From assembly GCF_004376175.1 (NCBI RefSeq), contig NZ_SNUY01000068.1, forward strand, positions 1,865 through 21,088: a stretch of 19,224 bases of DNA, read 5' to 3'. The notes beneath the pieces were generated by a model, which saw nothing but the letters and a program-made list of their open reading frames with translations, searched no databases and had not been told where the DNA came from. This stretch comes from Halalkalibacterium halodurans (GTDB lineage: Bacteria > Bacillota > Bacilli > Bacillales > Bacillaceae_D). Positions 7,610 through 14,581 of this stretch are shown here, one piece after another (position 1 is the stretch's first letter; each line of letters begins with the position of its first letter). The translations under genes were made by a program, and so were the position numbers.

Positions 7610-10285
7610 ATGAAAAAGAGTGTAGTCTTAATCATGGTATTAAGCCTTTTATTATCGCTGTTTGTGCAACCGTTTGCACAAACGAACACCGCGGAGGCGG
7701 CAGGCGACCAAGTATACGATAAGGTTGTGCTGCGCGGGGAATCACCGCTGAGCTGGGACGGGGAGAATCACCCGCTCACATTTGATGAGTCAGAAGGCTT
7801 ATGGAAAAGCGAGCCTGTTACTCTATCCGGCGGAATTCAGTTTGAGTATAAATTCGTCATGGATAACGAGTGGCTCGCTGGTGACAATTTGCGATTCCAG
7901 GTGCCGCAGACAGGTGACTATGAATTTTATTTTGACCCAAGCGACCAGCGTAAAGTTGACGTAAGGCCAGCTACCGAGTACGACGGCTCGATTACGCTCC
8001 AATTAACGGTGCCAGAAGAAACACCAGATTGGGCCGTACCGACAGTCGCAACGAGCAATAACAGCTTCAATTACAGCGTGACACCGCTAGAGCGGGAAGG
8101 CGAGACGTTCACCGTTACGTTAAATGGCCAGGCGGGGGAGGAGCTAGAGTACCGCTACGGGCTAGGTGATTCGAAGTATCGTGAAGTCATTGAGGCTAAC
8201 CGCACCGCAACGTTTACTGAAGAAGGCACCGTTGTAGAAGACACGGTGACAGAATGGACAGGCCTTCCTGTGGCTAAAAATGTCTCTCACAACTTTAACC
8301 ACAACCCGTTCATCCCATCGCCTAATGATGATGTTGAGATTACAGTAGAAGTGGAGCATTACGGCCCGATTGATGAGGGCGGAATCTACTTTACAACAGA
8401 TGGAAGCACTCCGGCTGGCGCACGCGGGGAAGCAAGTTCTGGTGAGTTCTCTCCATTAGAGGTAGTCGAAACAAAAACAGAAAATAACTTGCAGCGCTCT
8501 ACTTTAAAAGGAGTGATCCCTAAGCAAGCAGACAGCACGCCGGTGAAATATGTCGTTGACGTGTGGGCAGCTGACGGCGAGGGGTCTCAATATGCCGATA
8601 CAAACAGCTTAACAAGCGCAGAAGCAACTGAGTTTGCCTACTATGTTGAGAATTACAGCTCACCAGACTGGGCGAAGGATGCAGTGATTTATCATATTTT
8701 TGTCGATCGATTTTATGATGGCAATCCAGATAATAATTTCGGGGTAGACCCAAGCCTTCCATTAGAAGAAGCATTAAAAGACTGGATGGGCGGAGATCTT
8801 GAAGGTGTACTTGCAAAGCTTGATTACATTGAAGAGCTTGGGGTAGATACGATTTGGCTGTCGCCAGTATTTGAAGGTCCATATTCGCACGGTTATCACC
8901 CGACAGACTTTATGGGGATTGATCCGAATTTCGGCACGCTTGAGGTATTAAAAGAATTAATTCATGAAGCGCATGATCGCGATATGAAAGTCATTTATGA
9001 TTTTGTCCCGAATCACACTTCAAGCGAGCATCCGTATTTCCAAGATGCGCTTGCAAACGGGGAAGACAGCCCGTATTACGACTGGTATACGTTCTATGAA
9101 GACGGCACTTACGAGACATTTTACGGCATTGAAGAGCTGCCGCAATTTAATAACGACCATCCGGAAGCACGTGATTATATGTTAAATGAGGTTGTTCCAT
9201 TTTGGTTAGAAGAGCTTGAATTTGACGGCTTGCGCTTAGATTATGCCAAAGGACCGAGCTACAGCTTTTGGGTCGATTTCCGTGATAAAGTGAAATCGAT
9301 TGATCCTGACATGTACGTATTTGGAGAGGTGTGGGATAGCCGCGAGAAAATCTCGAGCTATGCTGGAAAGCTTGATGGTTCACTGGACTTTGGTTTCCAC
9401 GATACATTTAAAGGAACATTTGCTTTTGACGGTTCGATGCAGTCTGTCGTGAACTATGTCGAAGAAAACGAAGCCGTGTACCACCCGGAATACATTATGA
9501 CGACATTCCTAGATAACCATGACTTGCCGCGCTTCTTATATGAAGCAGGCGGTAACACAGACAAGCTGAAGTTGGCATCATTCACGCAATTTATGCTGCC
9601 GGGCTCACCTGTTATCTATTACGGAACAGAAGTCGGTCTCTCGCAAAGTGCGAACCATAATGAGTTTAACGACTGGAAAGACCGCTGGTACCGCGAGTTC
9701 ATGATTTGGAATGAAGAAGAGCAGGATCAAGAATTGCTCAAACATTACCAAGAAATTATCGAGCTGCGCCAAAACCACTCAGCTCTTCGCACCGGTGACT
9801 TCCATGCGCATTCTGCAACGCGCGATGCTCTTCTGTTTGAGCGCAGTAATGAGGGAGAGCGTCTAATTGTTGCTGTTAATAAAGGAGCAGAAGCCGTGCT
9901 CGCATTAGATGAAGAGCTTGAGTTAGAGAATCTAGTAACAGGAGAGAGAATGACGGGTGACGAGTTGACTGTAGGAGCGAACTCATTTGCTGTGTATCAA
10001 GTTGTTGAGGAAGAAAAGGACATTGAACATGTCGTGCTGCGAGGCGTTCATGCTCAGGACATTGCTCTATCTTATGACGAGGCAGCAGGTGTGTGGCGTT
10101 CTGAAGGCATCCACTTGAAAAATAAGCAGAAGGTTACGTTCGAGTATGTGATAAACGGAGCGGAATCGACTAGTGAATTAACATTTACGCCTGATCGAGG
10201 CGGGAAATTCGAATTTATCTTTAATCCGGTGGAGCCAGAGCAAGTAACGGTGCTCCATCCGAGTGACAAGCGAGGTCAGAAATAA
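7610..10285 (+). CDS. Secreted multi-domain GH13 alpha-amylase-family enzyme (891 aa)
   Basis: RBS AGAGAGGAG, then ATG at 7610. Signal peptide MKKSVVLIMVLSLLLSLFVQPFAQTNTAEA|AG. GH13 conserved regions DFVPNHTS, GLRLDYAKG, VFGEVWD and FLDNHDLPRF. N- and C-terminal beta-sandwich, CBM-like modules. The ORF-track start at 7490 has no RBS and precedes the signal peptide. Confidence 0.9.
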   Translation: MKKSVVLIMVLSLLLSLFVQPFAQTNTAEAAGDQVYDKVVLRGESPLSWDGENHPLTFDESEGLWKSEPVTLSGGIQFEYKFVMDNEWLAGDNLRFQVPQTGDYEFYFDPSDQRKVDVRPATEYDGSITLQLTVPEETPDWAVPTVATSNNSFNYSVTPLEREGETFTVTLNGQAGEELEYRYGLGDSKYREVIEANRTATFTEEGTVVEDTVTEWTGLPVAKNVSHNFNHNPFIPSPNDDVEITVEVEHYGPIDEGGIYFTTDGSTPAGARGEASSGEFSPLEVVETKTENNLQRSTLKGVIPKQADSTPVKYVVDVWAADGEGSQYADTNSLTSAEATEFAYYVENYSSPDWAKDAVIYHIFVDRFYDGNPDNNFGVDPSLPLEEALKDWMGGDLEGVLAKLDYIEELGVDTIWLSPVFEGPYSHGYHPTDFMGIDPNFGTLEVLKELIHEAHDRDMKVIYDFVPNHTSSEHPYFQDALANGEDSPYYDWYTFYEDGTYETFYGIEELPQFNNDHPEARDYMLNEVVPFWLEELEFDGLRLDYAKGPSYSFWVDFRDKVKSIDPDMYVFGEVWDSREKISSYAGKLDGSLDFGFHDTFKGTFAFDGSMQSVVNYVEENEAVYHPEYIMTTFLDNHDLPRFLYEAGGNTDKLKLASFTQFMLPGSPVIYYGTEVGLSQSANHNEFNDWKDRWYREFMIWNEEEQDQELLKHYQEIIELRQNHSALRTGDFHAHSATRDALLFERSNEGERLIVAVNKGAEAVLALDEELELENLVTGERMTGDELTVGANSFAVYQVVEEEKDIEHVVLRGVHAQDIALSYDEAAGVWRSEGIHLKNKQKVTFEYVINGAESTSELTFTPDRGGKFEFIFNPVEPEQVTVLHPSDKRGQK

Positions 10286-10290
10286 GAAAA

Positions 10291-10314
10291 AGTGCGCTGC
10301 GGCGCACTTTTTTT
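10291..10314 (+). terminator. Rho-independent terminator of the amylase gene
   Basis: AGTGCGC, loop TGCG, GCGCACT, followed by TTTTTT. Confidence 0.85.
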
Positions 10315-10325
10315 GTGTTGGGATA

Positions 10326-10455
10326 AGTCGATTTTAGCAATATAGGTGGTTATTTTAGCAAATTGAAGAGCGATTCCAGCAAATCAGCCATTTAACTAGC
10401 GAAAATCCAAATCATTTTAGCAAGCGCAGCAATATATTGGAAACTACTAATCTGC
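10326..10455 (+). repeat. Phased direct-repeat module 2, collinear with module 1
   Basis: AGC cores start at 10336, 10357, 10378, 10398 and 10419. The spacings 21, 21, 20, 21 are identical to module 1, and the fourth unit is again the AGCGAAAAT variant. Tail ATATTGGAAACTAC at 10434-10447. Confidence 0.85.
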
Positions 10456-10463
10456 TCAAGCCG

Positions 10464-10590
10464 GCCGTAATTCGAACAGACACCTCGATAATTCAAACAA
10501 ACAAATAGATTATTTGAACAAACCCCTCATTAATTCGAACAACTTTCCACTTAATTCGAACAAACGCAACTAAATATTGGAAACTAGCTC
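10464..10590 (+). repeat. Phased direct-repeat module 3: TAATTCGAACAAAC-type cores every 21 bp plus a TGGAAAC tail
   Basis: (C/T)GAACA cores start at 10473, 10494, 10515, 10536 and 10557, all spaced 21 bp. Tail ATATTGGAAACTAG at 10574-10587, 140 bp after the module 2 tail. Confidence 0.85.
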
Positions 10591-11086
10591 GTGCCATCCA
10601 CCAAATTCCCCGCTTCTATCCGAACTAATAGTAATTATAAGGAACTTGACGATACCATCCTCACCTTTTTCATCCCAACCTTCCTCATTTTCCTAATCTC
10701 AAAACCGATTTATCCCATATTGGTCGCATAGTACGTGAATGTGGAAAAATGTCGATAAATCTGAATCGCCCCCGAGTAAACCGCGTCCTTACAGCCTTTA
10801 ATGTGGAAAGGTTATCTATGTCCTACCAACTCATCACCCAAACTTATAACCATTTTCTCATATGTTACTTTAACGCACGAAAGTAATAACTTGATTTATA
10901 AGCCGGATGTTCTACTTTTATTCAGCTCGATGGACGGACAGCCAAAAGGGCAGTCGTTTGATTATAATGTGCTATGGCAAGCCATTGTTCATGAATATTT
11001 CAAATTTGTGAGCTTTCGGGGACTCGGTGCTAATGCACCAATAAATGTCCTGCGATGGTTAAAAAAACAGAAAAGAGGTATATGAA

Positions 11087-11211
11087 ATGGCTTTTATACC
11101 GATCTTCATTTTTGTCATTTTTATTTTGGTGCTTGGAATCAGAGAGAAGATCATTCACAAACGAAACATCGACTCCATTCCCGTACGCGTCAACATTAAT
11201 GGAATCAGAGG
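11087..11211 (+). pseudogene. 5' stub (42 codons) of a poly-gamma-glutamate synthase PgsB/CapB-like gene
   Basis: RBS AAGAGG, then ATG at 11087. [42 protein letters not shown] matches my recollection of the B. subtilis PgsB N-terminus (..[27 protein letters not shown]..). Similarity ends exactly at the junction with the DUF1801 C-half. The frame then runs 13 unrelated codons to TGA at 11252-11254. Confidence 0.65.
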
Positions 11212-11427
11212 GGTACATTTATCATTGGCTTCTCCACCTCGAAACATCATTTGAGCGTTTCACCCGAAGAAATAGGCATTTCGCAATTTGCCGATGCTAT
11301 TGCACAAGCGGGCTACAGCGCGACCAAAGGCTTGTTTCGAATTCCAGTCCATTACGAACTGCTTAAACAAATGATTGAGTTTAATATTCAGGATAAGGAA
11401 GGCTATTCCACTTTTTGGCGTAAATAA
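11212..11427 (+). pseudogene. DUF1801/YdhG-like protein, C-terminal half (72 codons) of the split gene
   Basis: [71 protein letters not shown]. It has no start codon or RBS of its own and is on the same strand as the N-half at 3919-4068. Confidence 0.8.
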
Positions 11428-11504
11428 AAGGTATCCATGTTGTCGACTTCCTTCAGAGTTCCGCGATAAAATTTGACTGCAAACTTTCTGAGAGTGTTCA
11501 CAAA

Positions 11505-11537
11505 GAAGCCTTGTTTCGTTTGTTGAAACGAGGCTTC
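11505..11537. terminator. 13-bp stem hairpin downstream of the DUF1801 C-half
   Basis: GAAGCCTTGTTTC, loop GTTTGTT, GAAACGAGGCTTC (one G-U pair). There is no clear T-run on the plus strand. Confidence 0.4.
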
Positions 11538-11662
11538 CCGTAATCAATACAAGGTTTATAGCCGCTCGTGTGAAGGATCGTCTGCACTATCATCTTAAAT
11601 AGATACATTCTACCCCCGATTATTTCACAAGAAGTGTAAATTGGGGTTTTGCACCTGAAAAT

Positions 11663-12811
11663 TTGGCATCAAATGACATGCTAGGGGGCGACCGCTATGC
11701 AGGCATACCAGCTGCCCTATTAACGCTCGGTTCAGCTGCGGCTGCCTTTTTTGTTGGTCGATTATCCGATCGGTTCGGTCGACGAATGGGGCTAGGAACT
11801 GGCTTCTTGTTAGGGGGGGTCGGTGCGATCATCGTTATCTATGCGGCCGTAAGTAACAGCGTCATCCTTCTCTTTCTTGGACTGCTTCTAAACGGTGCAG
11901 GAAACGCCACCAACCTGCAGGCGCGTTATGCAGGGACTGATTTAGCAAAACCGAAACAACGAGCAACCGCCATTAGTATGGCGATGGTCGCGACCACTTT
12001 TGGTGCCGTTGCTGGTCCAAATCTAGTGAATGTGATGGGAGATGTAGCTGATTCCTTCGGTGTTCCAACTCTCGCTGGACCGTTTATATTAGCAACGGTC
12101 GCTTATTTACTAGCTGGATTCATCTTTTTTGTGTTTCTCCGTCCAGATCCATTTCTCGTTGCAAAGCAATCGTCAAACAAGAGGCTGATCACGAAAAACA
12201 TAACCATTCAGCCAAAACAACAGAGAAGCAACTTATGTCAACCATCGCAAAACGGGGGATCATTGTTGGAACGACGGTCATGGTCTTAACCCAAATGGTC
12301 ATGGTAGCGATTATGACGATGACACCCGTCCATATGCAACACCACGGGCACGGGCTACAAGAGATCGGTCTTGTCATTAGCATTCACATTGGAGCCATGT
12401 ACCTTCCATCTCTTGTGACAGGTGTTCTCGTCGATAAGCTCGGACGAACAACAATGTCGGTAACCTCTGGCGTCATTTTACTTAGTGCAAGGACTGCTCG
12501 CTGCGGTTGCCCCTGGTGATTCGTTAGCCGTTTTGATCATCGCACTCGCCTTGTTAGGACTCGGATGGAATTTAGGGTTAATCAGTGGAACAGCTATGAT
12601 TGTCGATGCAACCCATCCTGCAACCCGAGCGAAAACGCAAGGAACAATTGATGTTCTCGTCGGACTGTCGGGCGCAGCAGGAGGGGCTCTGTCCGGTATG
12701 GTCGTCGCCCAATCTAGCTATGCTACTTTGTCGCTTGCAGGAGGGACACTTGCCCTTGCTCTCGTCCCGGTCATGATTTGGTATTTGAAGAAAAATGCAA
12801 GAGCATCATAA
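11663..12811 (+). pseudogene. MFS transporter, 5'-truncated with two frameshifts
   Basis: Three consecutive overlapping ORFs (11663-12289, 12235-12519, 12485-12811) together read as one 12-TM-type MFS protein, with motif GRLSDRFGRR between TM2 and TM3. Frame changes occur near 12165 and near 12488 (extra A in AGTGCAAGGACTG). There is no TM1 or start codon, and an in-frame stop sits at 11600-11602. Confidence 0.75.
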
Positions 12812-12822
12812 ACCTAACTATG

Positions 12823-12861
12823 AAAAAACATGTTTTGTTACACTCGCAAAACATGTTTTTT
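12823..12861. terminator. Bidirectional rho-independent terminator
   Basis: AAAACATGTTTTG (12825-12837), 9-nt loop, CAAAACATGTTTT (12847-12859). The 13-bp stem is perfect, with A/T runs on both sides, and lies between convergent genes. Confidence 0.8.
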
Positions 12862-12922
12862 CTAGATTAACGACAGATGCCGCGATTCCATTAAGAAATT
12901 AAAAAAAGAGAGGGAGTTCCTT

Positions 12923-13267
12923 TTATGCAAAAAACAAAAAAGCTGTCATTCCAAACACGAGCCAGTGGGCAGCATCAAACAAATAAAGAAGATGTCGCTT
13001 CGAGTCTCTCTTATAAATCCATTGTTCGACTGAAAAAAGGAGATTAACAAGCACACCGATAAACGGGAACAGTAAAAAGAAGTTTACGGTTGGATAGATA
13101 AGAGGGACAAGGGCACCAACGGCGATCACAACATAAAAAAGAATCGCAAACTCTTTCCTTTCATGTTTATAGCTCCAATTCTTTTTTGAGATTTGTAGCT
13201 TTGTCTTTAAAAAGAACCTCAACATAATCCACAAACTGAGCATAATTAATAAAACAATTACTCTCAT
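12923..13267 (-). CDS. Small integral membrane protein (114 aa, about 4 TM), possibly DUF4181-like
   Basis: ORF with RBS AGGAG 8 nt upstream of the ATG. Hydrophobic segments run throughout. The family assignment is tentative. Confidence 0.55.
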   Translation of the reverse strand: MRVIVLLIMLSLWIMLRFFLKTKLQISKKNWSYKHERKEFAILFYVVIAVGALVPLIYPTVNFFLLFPFIGVLVNLLFSVEQWIYKRDSKRHLLYLFDAAHWLVFGMTAFLFFA

Positions 13268-13409
13268 CTCATTGGCTCCTATCTTGGTTTTGGAAATGTA
13301 TCTTAATGTAAGTATATCGTAGCTCCATCCTTTGAACAGGGGGGAAGTAACATCTCATAAAAGATAGGGAACTTTTTCAAAATTTATGTCTAAAAAATTA
13401 TGTCGAATT

Positions 13410-13425
13410 TGTGATATTTTTCACG
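13410..13425. promoter_or_regulatory. Second TGTGA-N6-TCAC(G) box (Crp/Fnr- or Rex-type) upstream of qoxA
   Basis: TTTGTGATATTTTTCACGTAA, 15/16 to the TGTGA-N6-TCACA palindrome. It is flanked by TT..AA as in Rex operators and lies 134 nt upstream of the qoxA start. Confidence 0.45.
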
Positions 13426-13558
13426 TAACCGTTTTAATTTCGGGCACTTTTTTTTCGAAAATGATAGGATGAGTACACATCCATAATGGCTCAGGATTTC
13501 GTCAACCGTTTTAGCTCTACATATTCATTATTTTATTGTCAAAGAAAGGTGATTACAG

Positions 13559-14548
13559 TTGAGTACACCATCGATCATTTTCAAGTGGATGGCTCTAGCG
13601 ATGGTCGGTCTCGTATTAACTGGTTGTGGTAATTTAACTGTCCTAGACCCACAAGGTCCAGTGGCTGAACAGCAAAGCGATTTGATCATGTTATCCATTT
13701 GGTTCATGATCTTTATTGTGTTAGTCGTATTCGTACTGCTGACAGTTATGCTCGTTAAATACCGTGACCGCGGGAACAATGACAATTACGACCCGTCAAT
13801 CGAGGGGAGCCACAAGCTCGAAATTATTTGGACTATCGTGCCAATCATCATCGTTACCATTCTTTCGATACCGACCGTGACGACCATTTATAGTTTAGAA
13901 GAGGCGCCAGAGGTGTCTGAGGTAAATGCCGAAAACATCCAAGTTGAGCCGCTTGTCATTCATGCGACGAGCGTGAACTGGAAATGGATTTTCAGTTATC
14001 CTGAAGAAAACATCGAGACTGTCAATTATGTTAACATTCCCGTTGATCGTCCCGTGCTGTTTAAATTAACATCTGCTGATTCGATGGCATCTTTTTGGGT
14101 ACCGCATCTCGGTGGACAAAAATACAGTATGGCCGGCATGGAAACGGAATTGTATTTGATGTCTCATAATACAGGTACTTTTAACGGTCGCAACTCAAAT
14201 TTCACAGGTGAAGGATTTGCTGAGCATCGCTTTGTTGTCAACGCCCTCACCGCAAGAGATTATGATGCTTGGGTCGAAGAAGTTCAGACGGAAGCTCCGC
14301 CATTATCGGAAGAAGAGTACGCACATCTGATGGTTCCTGGCCATGCAGAGGAGATGACATTTTCTTCTACGCATCTTGAGTTTGTCAATCATGCGGATGA
14401 TCCCACATACTCACTTGAGAAACGAGCAGAACTCGGATATGAGGCATTAAATCCGCACTCAAGGGAAGGAAAAGCATATGAAATGCCTACACTTAGTCAA
14501 CCGATCGACACGACTAGAACGTATGAAGTCGAATTGGATGATGAGTGA
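13559..14548 (+). CDS. qoxA: Cytochrome aa3 quinol oxidase subunit II
   Basis: Lipoprotein signal (LVLTGC). LDPQGPVAEQQSDLIMLSIWFMIFIV, VKYRDR and SADSMASFWVPHLGGQKYSMAGM closely parallel my recollection of B. subtilis QoxA. TTG start after AAAGGTGA. Confidence 0.93.
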   Translation: MSTPSIIFKWMALAMVGLVLTGCGNLTVLDPQGPVAEQQSDLIMLSIWFMIFIVLVVFVLLTVMLVKYRDRGNNDNYDPSIEGSHKLEIIWTIVPIIIVTILSIPTVTTIYSLEEAPEVSEVNAENIQVEPLVIHATSVNWKWIFSYPEENIETVNYVNIPVDRPVLFKLTSADSMASFWVPHLGGQKYSMAGMETELYLMSHNTGTFNGRNSNFTGEGFAEHRFVVNALTARDYDAWVEEVQTEAPPLSEEEYAHLMVPGHAEEMTFSSTHLEFVNHADDPTYSLEKRAELGYEALNPHSREGKAYEMPTLSQPIDTTRTYEVELDDE

Positions 14549-14581
14549 TGGTGCAAACAGCGGAAGAGAGGAGTTTTACCG

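Noticed and set aside
5205-10590. Could the repeat modules be CRISPR arrays?
   Set aside because: The total period is only 20-21 bp, with cores of about 10-14 bp and spacers of about 8-10 bp. The cores are degenerate rather than identical. There are only five or six units per module, no leader and no cas genes. This is not CRISPR architecture.
10464-10590. Module 3 cores read on the minus strand (GTTTGTTCGAATT) resemble Spo0A 0A boxes (TGTCGAA). Modules 1 and 2 read as GTTTGCTAAAA.
   Set aside because: The match needs a 1-nt insertion (TGTTCGAA versus TGTCGAA), and the TAGCAAA variant lacks the CGAA core. Strict 21-bp tandem phasing is not how I recall 0A boxes being organised. I keep this only as a weak resemblance.
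4069-11211. Is the 7.1-kb block a classical transposon, integron cassette or prophage remnant?
   Set aside because: I could find no terminal inverted repeats, no target-site duplication and no transposase, integrase or phage genes inside. One end lies within a truncated pgsB-like gene. Illegitimate recombination or translocation fits better.
10801-11366. ORFs 10801-11085 (+), 11055-11366 (+), 11030-11218 (-) and 11260-11547 (-)
   Set aside because: They have no RBS and low-complexity or unfamiliar sequence. They overlap the pgsB-like leader and stub or run antisense or out of frame to the DUF1801 C-half, whose frame carries clear family similarity. They are shadow ORFs.
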